DNA of 64,000 bases from Camelus dromedarius. Taxonomy: Eukaryota. Each line of letters begins with the position of its first letter. Within the stretch, counting starts at the first letter, position 1. The notes below the pieces were generated by a model that was given only the letters and a program-made list of their open reading frames with translations, did no database searches and was not told the DNA's origin. Shown one piece after another: positions 12,869 through 25,050 of this stretch. Made by a program: the position numbers and the translations under genes. The stretch spans positions 117,492,001 through 117,556,000 of the forward strand of contig NC_087436.1 in assembly GCF_036321535.1 (NCBI RefSeq), given 5' to 3'.

Positions 12869-15585
12869 AGCCCGCCATCTGCTCTTGGCCACAGGCTGTA
12901 GCACAAAACAGGAAGACAGAGGAGGCTGGCGGAGCTGCTGGCAGTCCCCGCAGTACCCAGAGCTCTGTCACGTAGGGGGCCGGCTATGCAACGCCACCCA
13001 GACAAAACAGGCTTTTGCTCCGTTTGGGTTTGTTTTCCTTTCTAGAATTTCTCCTCCAGGCCTTTTCCCCTCGCCGGTGGTTGGGGGCTGCGGGCTGCTG
13101 CTGTACTTGTAAGAGGTCAGAAGCAAAGGGCATGAACAGGCGACACAGGGAGAAATGTCACTACAGGAGGAAACGTCACTAGCGAACAAGCCTGGAAATG
13201 TGTTCATCCCCCTGGTGGTCAAACAAATACCCATGGGCACAGGACACCATTTCTTGTCCTTCAAATTAGTGAAAGTTGTTGTTGTTGTTGTTTTACGGTA
13301 ATCGTCAATGCTGGCAATGATGTGTTGAAACAGTCACTGCCATGCAGTGCTCGTGGCCCCCTTCGGAAAGTGATGCGATAGTGTTCCCCAAGAACTGCCA
13401 AAAGACCCGTGCCGCTCCGTGCAGTGATCCCACTGCTAAACATCTCTCCTAAGGAAACAGATGTGGTCAGATTTTCTTTACAGAGATGTTATTACAGTGT
13501 TTTTAAAAATCATGGTAAAAAATAAACTGGAAATAGCTTCAATGTCTAACCACAGGGCATTGATTGAGTAAACAATGGCATATCAGCTTGAGAGAAAAAT
13601 GTTTATGGAGTCTGTATGAACTTGGAAGAATGCTGTGCTAAGTGAAAAGGGATACACAATTGTATATCCAGTGGGACCGCAAATGTGTCCAAAATGGTGC
13701 AGAAAGAAAAGACTTGAGGTGCCTGTGATGATGAACATCACTAGGGAGCCTACACCCACCCAAGGTGGCAAGGGGACTGTCTGGGACAGAGGTGGGAACT
13801 GGGGGAGGGATGGGGGTCACAGCCTAGAAATTGCCCCCCCAAGACAAGAAGCACGTGGTGGGACAGGAGGTTTTGAAGAATTTCGGGCTAGTACCGTGGC
13901 CACCCTGGTTGCTACCTCCCCACTGGTCTTTCCTCCATCCTTCACCCTGCAGGCAGAGTGATTTTCCAAAACACAAATCCAGTCGAGTCACTCCCATGCC
14001 ACAAACCATTCAATAGCTCCCCACCAACAAAGGACAAATCCAAGCCCAGTTGGAAGGCCAGGTGCTTCCCAGTCAGATCACCTGTCTTCCCAGCCTCACC
14101 ACCCACCCCCAACCATAAGCCATACTCTTTCATTCCTCGGTGCCTTTGCCCATACTCTTCCCTCTGCCCCTAATCTACTTCTTTTTAGTTTCCTCCTAGT
14201 GAACTCCTACACACCCTTCAAAACCCAGCTCAGTTACCACCTTCTCTGTGAACCTTTCAGTGGACTGTCCCCAAATGAGCTGAAGTTTCCCTCCTCTGCT
14301 CCCATAATCTCTTCTGCTCCCTACCCCCATCCCAGCTCTCACCTGCTTGCACTGTAATGAGTCATCTGGCATCCTGTCTCCTCCTCCAGGCTGTGAATTC
14401 CTGAAGTGCAGGGACTCTCACCTCTTCATCTAGAATCTCCAGAGCCCAGCATTGGCACCAGCCCATAATCAAGACCCATAAGCATTGGCTGAGTAGTGAT
14501 TACATGTCACGGCGGACCAAGAAGCGCCAGGTGAATTTCCTCATTGGGAAAACTGTCAGAAATAGGAATTAGGGTCTTCATTTAATCTATAGGGAAACTA
14601 AGACTTACAGTGCTTAAGGAATCTGGCTGACACAGCGAGAGGCAGAGCTTGTGTCTGCGTCCAAATGTCTCATGTTCCTTCTACTACACCTGTACCTCCT
14701 AGTGCGGGCTGCAGCCCAGCTCGCACATCCGAGCAGTCTGAACCATCAGGCCCTGAACAGCTGTCACTTCTCCACAACAGTTTTTCCAGACCTCTGTCCA
14801 CTCCTGTTCTATTCTCCACAACAAAGAGAAGAGAATCAAAGGGATTTGGGTTCAAGACATACTTTTGCTGCTTGCTGCTGTGTGACCTTGGCCAAGTTAC
14901 CTACCCTCTCTGGGACAACTTTCTTCTTCCTAAAAGTGGGGATAATACAGAATGCTTTCCACAGAGGAGCACCGAGGGGGTTCAGTGAGGTTAGGAAGGA
15001 GATGGAGTGTTGGCCCTTTCTCTAGAAATGGTTCGCCGCCTCAGAACTTCCATTCTCTCATCTGAGCAGGCTGCCTCTGCCTCTGATTATGGTTCTCTGG
15101 GGAGCCGCGCACCCCCCTCATAAGTGAGGGCCCCACGTCAGGATTCAGTGGCCTCCTTCTCATGTCCTCACACCCAACTGTGCCTGAGAAATGCTTGCTG
15201 ATCAAACCTGTGCCTCCAAGAGACATGCACTTGTCAACGTGGACCCTCCCGCGCGTGGTTTGTAGAACCCTTTGACAAGAAGCAGTGAATGTTTCTCCTT
15301 TGGCTTGTTTTATGCTGAAAAATGAGAGGAGTAAGAAATACCTCACAAGTGCCTGGGGCCCCGCGATGGGACCTGTGGGAGAAACACTCAGGAGAGCGAG
15401 GGAGAGGCTGCTGGGTTATTCAGGGCCTGGGTCTGGGACCACAGCTGAGCCCCACATGGGGGCTGGGCAGGTGTCCCATGAGCACAGCGGAAGCTGGGTG
15501 GGGAAGTGGTACCAGAGCGAGTTCTAACCCAGCACCGGGGCCGCGGCTGGAAGCGTGGGACCAGGCGTCCCACACCCGATGAGCA

Positions 15586-16034
15586 TCCCATGGGCTGAAT
15601 GGCGGCCCCAAAGAAAGGTGTCCACGTCCCAGTCGCTGGACCCTCTGCCTGCTGCCATATTTGGCAAAGGGCTCTTTGCAGATGTGATTAGGTTAACGCT
15701 CTCCAGACGGAATAATCCTGTATTATCCAGGTGGACCCTAAGTCCAACAACAAGGGTCCTTGCAGGAGGGAGATTTGAGACAGAAGAAAAGGTGTGGGGC
15801 TGAAGCAGAGATGGGAGGGATGCAGTCCAAGCTGAGGGAGCCAAGGACTGCTGACACTCCCAAAGCCAGAGGAAGTAGGAAGAACCCTCTCCTAAGGCCT
15901 TCAGAGGGAGCACAGCCCTACCCAAACCCTGACTTCTGGGGGACTTCTGGCCCCCAGAACAGTGAGAATAAATTCTGTTGTGTTAAAGCACCCGGTTTGC
16001 TGTGTTTGTTCCAGCAGCCTCAGGAAATTAATAT
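15586..16034 (+). mobile_element. MLT1 solo LTR
   Basis: gggctgaatggcggcccc, ctttgcagatgtgatta, gagaataaattctgttg, caggaaattaata end. Confidence 0.82.
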
Positions 16035-16539
16035 GTGAGCTTTGGGATAGGTACAAGTTTCTCAGCCTTCTAAGTGTCAGTTTCCTCACTTGTAAATAGC
16101 ACCTAATTTATACAGCTTTTAAAGGATTAACCAAAGTATTTAGGTTGAATCATATTAAATTGCCATTTTTGCAAGTCAGAAATAATTGGATGTTGGCAGC
16201 TTCACTGGAGTCAAAGTGGTGATCTAAGAGCTACTTAGAAGAGCATCTGGCGTGCAGTGAGTGAGCAGCAAACACAGGGACACATTCCTAGGGCCCGGAG
16301 AGATGACTCAACAACGGGGCTGTCAGGCCAATAGCTTGGGGTGGAGTGGCAGTCATTCTGGGCTCTGAGGGTTGTGTAGGAGATCATGTGGCAGAGAATG
16401 GGAATGCTGGGGGCTGGAGGGGGGGTGCCTGAAGAGATGAGGCAAGGAGGGGGAAGGTGGCTGGTAGGGGACAGAGGAGCTCCCCTGGGGGGAGGCATGC
16501 AGGGTGATGTATGCACCTACTGAGGCCCCATTTGTAATT

Positions 16540-18445
16540 ACTTTCCTGCAAAATAAATACTTAGGTATTAATATAACAATACATGTGCATGACCTGTATG
16601 TAAAAAGTACAAAACACTGGTGAAAGAAACTAAAATGTATATCTGAATAGATGGAGAAATATACTACATTCATGGATTAGAAGAGTCAATAGTGTTAAAA
16701 TGTCAGTTCCCTCCAAACTGATATATACTGTATCCCAGTCATCATCTGAGCAGGAGTTTTTGTAGTTATTAGCAAGCTGATTTAAAATTTCTATGGAAAG
16801 GCAAAGGAACTAAAATAGCCAAAACAACTTTGAAATAGAAGAACAAATCTGGGGGTGGTGCTGCCTGACTTCAAGACTTAAAAAAAGGTACAGTAATCAA
16901 AATACTGCGTTGCTGGTGAAAAGATTCTGTTCAGTGGCACAGAATAGAGTTGAGAAGTAGATTCAAAAATATATGGTCTATTAATTTTTATTTTTGGTGA
17001 AAGCCTTATTGAGGTATACTGCCCATACTGTACAATTCATCCATTTAAAGCATAAAATTCTATGGTTTTAGTATATTCACAGAGTTGTGCAACCATGACC
17101 ACAGTAAGTTTTAGAACATTTTCATTACCTCAAATAGAAGTTCTGTACTCTTTAGCCATCATCCTGTCCCCAACTAAGCTTTAATCAACCACTAATCTAC
17201 AAATCTCTATAGATTTGCCAATTCTAGGCATTTCATATAAATGAATCATACACTAGGTGGTCTTTTGTGACTGGCCTTCTTTCCTCAGCATAGTTTTCAA
17301 GGTTCACGCACGCTGTGGCATGGGTTAGTACTTTGTTCCTTCTTACTGGTGAATAATATTCTGTTGTGTGGATTTGCTGTTTTATTTATGGGTTCATCGG
17401 TTGATAGGCATTTGTGCTGTGTACACTTTGGGGTTATTAGGAACAATGCTGCTATGAGCATTCATATACAGGTTTTTGTGTGGATCTACCTTGCTATTCT
17501 CTTGGATATATATACCTCAGAATAGAATCGCTGAGTCATATGGAAACTCTGTTTAACATTTTGAGGACCTGCCAGACTGTTTCCCACAATGGCTGCACCA
17601 TTTTCCATCCCTACCAACAGTGAGTGAGAGCTCCAGTTTCTTTACATCTGGGCCAACCACTTGTTACTGGTTATAGCCCTCCTGGTACATGTGAGGTGAC
17701 ATCTCAAGGTGGTTTTAATTTGCATTTCCCTGGTCACTAATGATCCTCAGCATCTCTTCATGTGCTTATTGGCCAACTGTGTATCTCCTTCGGATCTAAA
17801 TGTCTATTTAGATCTTTCCCCCATTTTTAGTTAGGTTATTTGTCTTTTTATAACTGAGTTGCAAGACTTCTTTATATATTCTAAATACAAGTCACTTATC
17901 AGATATTTAATTGATTTTCGACATAAGTACAAAGGCAATTTAATAGAGAAATAATAAGCTTTTCAACAGATTATTGGAACAATTGTACATTCATATACAA
18001 AAAAATGAACCTCAACTTATACCTCACACCTTATACAAAAACATTAACTCAGGATGGTTCATAGGCATGTGTGTAAAATGTAAAACTATAAAATAGCTAG
18101 AAGAAAGTATAGGGGAAAATCTTTGTGATCTTAGGTTTCACAGTGAATTTTTAGGTATCAAACACTATCAATAAAAGAAAAAAATTATGAATTAAACTTT
18201 ATCAAAATTAGAAACTTTCACTCTTTGAAAGAAACTTTTAAGAAAATGAAAAGAAAAACCACAGACTGGTAGAAAATATTTGCAAATCACACATCTGGCA
18301 AATGGCCTGTATTCAGAATAACAATATTCAGGTGACAGGAAGAAAATAAGCAACCCAGTTTTTTAAATGAGCAAAAACTTGAGTAGACGCTTCACCAAGG
18401 AAAATATATGAATGGCAAATACATGGAAAGATACTCAACAAAAGT
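16540..18445 (+). mobile_element. Decayed L1 ORF2 fragment (+) interrupted by an antisense L1MB-like 3' end (~16990-17905)
   Basis: catggattagaagagtcaatagtgttaaaatg and aatatttgcaaatca are ORF2-like motifs. The inner block reads as an L1 3'UTR on the minus strand. Confidence 0.8.
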
Positions 18446-19023
18446 GTGCTATCACAGAAAAGAAGGCCCTCTGGCTGCTGTTTGGAGAATGGACTACAGG
18501 GGGTAAGAGCAGAGGCAGGGAGGGTACCAGGCAAAGACGGTGATGGGTAGACTGGCGGGTAGCCATGGAGACAGTGTGATGAGGTCAGCCTGGGGCTGTG
18601 TTTGGCGGTAGAAGTGACAAGCTTTGCCTACAGGCTGGAGGAGGGCTAGTGAGGGAAGGAGCAGAATCACTGGGGATTTCTAAGTATCAGCTGTGCGTCA
18701 GCCTCCATGGCGAAGACTGAGGGGCAAGCCGTGTATCAGACAGTACTCAGGTGCTGGACAAAAATCACTCCTGCCACTGTGGGCAGAGAGCTGTTTAATG
18801 CAGGGACTCAGAAGCACACACAGCCTTGGAACAGCTGAAGGATAAAGAGTGACTTCAGGGGCAGCCCCACTGAACCGGGTCATCGAGAAAACCACGACGG
18901 AGCCCCAGTCAGGAGGACGGTGATGGAAGGACCTTGTCCCACCTCCTGCAGGCTCCAGGAGCACACTGCCCCTCCACTTAATTCGGTCCAAGCCCAAGAC
19001 TCGTGCAGGTGCCTCTGACTGGT

Positions 19024-19420
19024 TGTATTCATGTCCCAGGCCGCCATAGCAAAGGACCCCGGACTGGGCAGCTTAAATAACAGAAATTTCCTGTCTCACA
19101 GTTCTGGAGGCTAGAAGTCCGAGGTCAGCGTGTCGGCAGAGTTGGTTTCTTCTGAGGCCTCTCCCCTTGGCTTGTAAGTGACCACCCTCTCCTGCTGTCC
19201 TCACGTGGTTGTCCTTCTGTGTGTGTCTGTGTCCAAACCTCTTCCATAAGGACACTATCATATCGGATTAGGGCCTCGCCCCGGTGACCTCATTTACCTT
19301 AATTACTTCTTTAAACATCAATGACCTCTAATCTCTAAATGCAATCACATCTTGAGATACAATGGGGATTGAGACTTGAACATATGAATTTTTAGAGGGG
19401 CCCCAATTCAGCCCATAACA
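19024..19420 (-). mobile_element. MLT1 solo LTR
   Basis: TG..CA ends, TSD ctggt/ctgat, ctcacagttctggaggctagaagtcc. Confidence 0.87.
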
Positions 19421-19632
19421 CTGATGGAATGTAAATTGCATCCAGAACCCTAGCTGAAGCGGGTCTGGTAAGTATAGATTTTTTTTGAAGCCGTCTAAAT
19501 CCTGTCTAAAGCTGTCTAAGGGAAGTACATAAGAAGGAAGTTGGGACAGAGGTTGAGTCAGATAATCTACTCTTGGCCGCAGGTAGTCGGGAGGAGGGGT
19601 GGGGACGAAAGTTCATTTGATGTACCAGCTAG

Positions 19633-20012
19633 TGTTACCGGTTGAACTGTGTCCCCCCAAAAGATGTGTTAAAGTGCTACCCCCTAGAACCTGTGAGTGC
19701 GATCTTATTTGGAAGTAGGGTCTTTGCAGATGTAGTCAGGTAAAGATGAGGTCATTACGGTGGCCTCTCATCCAACGTGCCTGGTGTCCTCCTAAGAAGA
19801 AGAGACAGACACGGGAGAAGGCCGTGTGACAGCAGAGGTAGAGACATAAGCCAAGGAACATCAAGGGTCTGCCGCCAAGCAGAGGTTAGGAAGGGCAAGG
19901 AAGGACCCTTCCCAGAGTCTCATGGGGAACATGGCCTCGGGGACATCTTGATTTTGGACTTCTGCTCCCATAGAACTGTGAGTGAATAAAGGTTCTTCCC
20001 TCTAAGTCCCTC
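19633..20012 (+). mobile_element. MLT1 LTR, 3'-truncated
   Basis: gttgaactgtgtcccc, gggtctttgcagatgta, agaactgtgagtgaataaa. Confidence 0.8.
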
Positions 20013-20103
20013 CACAATCATGTTCATTCTCCCTAGGATGCCAGGAGGGTCATACTCCTTCCTCAAGGGGGTGCAGGAAAGGATGCTTTCTCATTGCCCA
20101 AAG

Positions 20104-20542
20104 TGTAGTGGTTGAATGGTACCCCCAAAAGGTATCTGCACATCTCAACAGATGGCACCTGTAAATGGGACCTTATTTGGAAAAAAGGTCTTTGCAGACG
20201 TAATTAAGTTACTGCTCTCGAGATGAGATCATCCTCATTAGAGTAGGCCACGAGTCCAGTGACCAGTATCCTTATAAGGGACAGAAGAGGAAAAGACACA
20301 GACACAGAGGAGAAGGCCAAGTGCAGGCGGAGGCAGAGAAAGGAATGGTGCAGCCACGCCACGGAACCTGGAACCACCAGAAGCTGGAAGGAGCAAGGAG
20401 GGGTTCTCCCTGAGAGCCTTTGGAGGGAGCTGCCGCCTTGATTCCAGACTTCTAGTCTCCAGAACGGTGACAGAATACATTTGTTGTTTTAAGCCACTCA
20501 GTTTGGGGTAATTTGTTACAGCAGCCATAGGAAACTAACACA
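20104..20542 (+). mobile_element. MLT1 solo LTR
   Basis: tgtagtggttgaatgg start, gcagccataggaaactaacaca end, TSD caaag/caagg. Confidence 0.87.
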
Positions 20543-21816
20543 CAAGGCTTTTGAACTTCTCACAAGAGATACCTCTGACTCATGGGCCCGTTGTCTGGTA
20601 GGACGTTACAGCCGCAGGGCCCCTCCGAGATCTCCTTTGGAACTGGAGGGTGGGGGGTGGGATGCAGAGGACCCCTCAGCTCAGATCCCAGATTTACCTC
20701 TTGTGAACAGCATGACCGTGGGCAAGTTCACCCAAGCTTTCTGAACCCAAACTGTCTTTGGTGTAAAATGAGGATAATGTCGTCTCCTTCGTGATGTCAT
20801 CATGAGATAATAATGCGCGTTGAAAAGCTCAACACAACAATTGGTGTAAGTGCCCAGACTAAATGTGTTGCATTTAGCCTGGTCCTTGCACCTCCATGGT
20901 GCTCGCTAGTCGGTCAGACCGTGGCTTTTCATCTTTGTGAGTAGAAGCCACTTAGGTGATGTTTGCTGCTGACACAGGAGCCCCACAGAGCTTAGTGGAA
21001 GCTTCCGGGTCACCGGGGCCGACCCGGACAGCAGCCGGGCTCCCGCCGGGCTGGCTCCGGGAGACGCTGTTTTATTAGCAAGATTGGGTCCAGCTAGAAG
21101 CTCTGGCCTGCGCTCAGAGTTAGCCATGGGTGAAATGATGCTCCAGGAGCAATGAACATCTCTGCGCTTGTTAAGCATTTCCAAGAGGCTGGCAGGTGTC
21201 TCTGCACGGATCGACTTGGATAAGCCGCAGGCACGCCTCACCTTCCTGAACCTCCTGATGCCTTATGGTAAGTGCCGCCTCCTCAATGGTTTGGGAACTC
21301 GTGGGTTGGTCATCCATTCTTCCTCGCTGGGGAGAGTGCACCTGTGTGAGTCCTCTTTTTTAATCTCATAGCCTAAAAAATCGCTCCCTTACTGTAGAAT
21401 CCAAATCCTCCTTCCCACCCCCAGGGTTGTGGCTGTGGCTCGTACCCTGGCTGGTCCTGCCGGTCCCCTGACACTGGATTAAGCCGTTACCAACCATCAA
21501 CCACTTGGTTTTAGGGGGTTCAGTATAGTGCTTCGATAACTGCAGTTACGGAAGGCTGGCACCGGCCTGCAGGGAACCTCTGTGCACCTGTGTATCCTCG
21601 TCCGTAAACTGGAGACACTCATAGTCATCACTTTATAGGATGTGGTAAAAAATCACGAGGGAGAATGCACATGGCACACCGAGGATAGGGCTGATCCACG
21701 GTCAGTGCTCAGTAAAGGCTAAGACGTATGATCACCACCCAGAAAAAAATGGTGCCTCCTGCAGTGTAGACAGTGCTTCTGAGTCTGCTAAGCGCTGAGT
21801 AGGCACCACTTCGTCC

Positions 21817-21830
21817 CCACCAGGTGGCAG
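21817..21830 (+). promoter_or_regulatory. CTCF-binding motif
   Basis: CCACCAGGTGGCAG matches the CTCF core. Confidence 0.5.
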
Positions 21831-23254
21831 GCCTGCGAGGGCAGATCAAGGAGTGAGGCCCCTGATTCATGGTTGAGGGAGCGGGGTGCTCAGCCCCACG
21901 GTGGGGAGGCACGGAGCTGAGCAGGGCTCCAGCTTGGAAGCCCGAGATCTTTCCACCTTTCTCTGTGGGAGAGACTGGCCGGCCCTTTTGAGAGGGAAAC
22001 TGGATTTCTGTGACAGCACTTGGAGAGCAGAGGCAGCGTCTACTCACCTCTGTGTCCCCGATACCATGTGCTGTGCCCGGCTCGTAAAATGAGACCCTCA
22101 GTTAGATTTGTTGAGTGAATAAATGAATGAAGGAATGAAGGCGGCCATGTAGGGTGACTGAGTCAGGGCTGGTGGATCACGAAGACCAAGGGTCTGCTTA
22201 ATAACACTTACCCTGAGCCGCTGAATCCGAGCTAGCCTTCACAGCAATCCATCACTGAGAACATTCGTCCCATTTTACAGATTGGGAAAATAGAACGCTC
22301 TGGTTAAGCAAACTGTTGACCGTTGTGAGAAATGGGTTGAAATTGGGTTCCAGCTGGGATTAGGTTCACCCCTGACTGATCCCCATCCCTCTTCTCAAAT
22401 ACCCCCAAGGGGCATGTAATGGGAGCTCATCAGCTTTCAAATCAAGGTCCTGTTTTCCATATAACAGCAGTCATCCAGCTCTGGGAAAAGCTTATACTAG
22501 TTCTACCAAAATTAAAACTGCCAATACTTTTCTACAGCCCAGTGTGTTCAGTTCCTAACGAAGTCCCACAGATGGGGGGCGTAAACAACAGAAGCATGTT
22601 TTCTCACAGTTCTAGAGTGGAGTCTCCTTGCCTCTCATATGATCTGCTCGGCCAATGAAATGTGAGTGGGTTGACACGCGCCCCTCCTGACAAGGGCATT
22701 TAAGAGCCATCATGCGATCTGGGCAGCTCTCTTTTCTCTCTGCTCCAAGATCAGCATGTCCCAGAGAGGGGCTGCTGCTTCCTTCGTGTTCTGGAGTACA
22801 GAGGATGCAGGCAGAACCACAGGGACCCACGGTGGACGTAAACAGGAGCGTCCTTGATTTTAGGGTCACTTATTACTGCAGCGTGACTTGACCTCGGCTA
22901 ACATACACTGCGGGCATCACTTTATGGCTTTAGGGGGTTCAGTGTAGTTCTTCACAGCGATGGAGGGAAACCCTCAATCCTCAGACGCCTGTTATTAAAC
23001 TCTACCTGCTGCATCTGTCTGACAATAGACGTGCTGTCAGATGCTCTGACCATGTAACAGTGCGACTGAATCTCTGAAACACCAAAGTGGTGCTCAGGCC
23101 TCAGGATGCTGCCTGCCCCCAAGGCTCGGCTGCAGTCAGAGGCTGGCCACTGCGGGGTGCAGGCTTTGGCAAGAGACCCAGGCTGGAATCCTACCTGTGC
23201 CCTCCCCACCGACCTGGTGACCACGAGCAAGTTACAAGCGGATTAGCTGGTGAG

Positions 23255-23635
23255 TGTATGAATCTGCTTGGGCTGTCACAATAAAGTATCATGAACTGGG
23301 CGGCTTACACAACAAAAACGTATTTCTCACAGTTCTGGGGGCCAGATGCTCCAGAGCAAGGTTCAGCAAGATCGGTTTCTGGCGAGGGCTCTCTTCCTGC
23401 CTTGCGGGCGGCCGCCTCCTCACTGCGTCCTCATGTGGTGGAGAGAGAGGGGACACTCTGGGGTCTCTTCCTCTTCTCACAAGGGCACCAGCCCTATCGG
23501 ATTAGGGCCCCACCCTTATGACCTCATTTGAACTTTGTCACCTCCTCACATGCTCTCTCTCTAAATACAGTCACTGTGGGAATTAGAGATTCAGCACGTG
23601 AATTCGGCAGAGGACACAGCATTCAGGCCATAACA
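23255..23635 (-). mobile_element. MLT1 solo LTR
   Basis: TG..CA ends, TSD gtgag/gtgtg, attagggccccacccttatgacctc. Confidence 0.85.
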
Positions 23636-23636
23636 G

Positions 23637-24129
23637 TGTGGTAGCTGAGTAATGTCCTTCCAAACATGTCCGTGTCCTGGTCCCCAGGAGCTGTGAATGG
23701 CACGTAGGGAAAAGGGACTTTGCAGATGTGATCAAGCCAAGAGCCTAGAGGTGGGCAATCGCCCTGGATCATCAGGAAAGCCTCGTGTGATGGCAGTGGC
23801 CCTGTGAGCCACGGGCAGGAGGGGCTGGGACAGAGGAGCACACATGGTGACGGGGTGATGGAAGCAGAAACTGGAGGAGTGCTCTTCGAAGATGGAGGAA
23901 GGGGCCCTGAACTGAGGGCCACAGGAGGCCACGAGAAGGTGGAAAAGGCAAGGGAAAAATTCTCCTCGAGAGCCTCCAGAGGGAACCAGCTCTGCCAGCA
24001 CCTGGACTTTACCTGGTGAAGCTGATTTCAGACTTCTGGTTTATGACACCATGAGAGAGTCAGTTTGTATTGTTTGAAGCCAATGAGGTTACCGGCAGTT
24101 TATTATAGCAACTGCAGGAGAGGAATACA
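23637..24129 (+). mobile_element. MLT1 (D/E-like) solo LTR, head-to-head with the previous one
   Basis: aaaagggactttgcagatgtgat, gaagatggaggaaggggcc, ggaataca end. Confidence 0.8.
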
Positions 24130-24134
24130 GCTGG

Positions 24135-25050
24135 GACTAGCTTTGACTGTGACAGAAAATCCCACCCAACAGTGGCTCGAAGAAGAGAGCTGGGGACAGA
24201 GTCTGGAGGTGCGTGGACCAGGGCAGGAGGGGGCTCAGCTGTGAGGTCCTCAGGGCCCCAGCTCCGTCCAACTCCCTGCAACATCATTGTGGCCAGGGCC
24301 CTTATCCCTGTGGTCCAAGACAGTGGTAACCACATAATAGGCAACAGGAGGGAGGAAGGGACAAAGGAGACAGAGGCAAGAAGTGGGCCCCAACTGTCCC
24401 TTCTGGAAGGTTACTAGGAGCTGCCACACAACACTTCTGCCTTTCTCCCCGTCTCCAGAGCTTACTTACAAGACCACGCCGTGCCACAAGGGAAGTGAGA
24501 CAATGGTGATTTTACTCGGAATAGACAAGTGCTTGGAAGGACCTTTTATTACAACAGAAGAAGGGGAGAATGGATGTTGGAAATAGTCCACATCTGGTAC
24601 GCTGACCCTGTGAGGATCAGCCTATCTCTGAGCCTGTGAGGTAGGAACGTGCTCACTTCAAGGAACAGAAATCCTGCCCCAACAAGGATTCAGCAAATTA
24701 GGCTTTGCCTTTTTTTTTTTTTTTTTGATAATAAGGAGTGTTTGGTTGCTGGGGCAGTGTAGCCATTTTGAAGATGACTGCACTTTAAGGGTTGATTTCC
24801 ATCCTCAGACTTGGAGCCTCATGGACAGAAGAAGGCTGCTGTGGCTCCAGACATCATTTTTACATTTTTGGCAGGAAGAAGGATGAAGAGTCCTGCCAGC
24901 CTATGTCCCTCTTCAGCAGGAAAACAAAAGGTTTCCTACGACACTCAGGGAAGACTGCACAGAGCACTCACTGGTCAGCACTGGGTGTCATGGTCTCCCT
25001 AGCTGCAAAGAGCATGGAAAACCAAGCATTCAGCTTTCCAGTCTCTCTGT
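24135..25050 (-). mobile_element. Two old, degenerate MLT1 (J/K-like) LTR remnants
   Basis: gtgacagaaaatcccacccaacagtggct and aggaacagaaatcctg starts, ccctagctgcaaag motif. Heavily diverged. Confidence 0.45.

Noticed and set aside
20886..20906. Possible REST/RE1 site (ctccatggtgct); other partial matches at ~60541-60563 and ~61684
   Set aside because: Key positions of the GGACAG half or the spacing are wrong. No convincing RE1 was found by eye.
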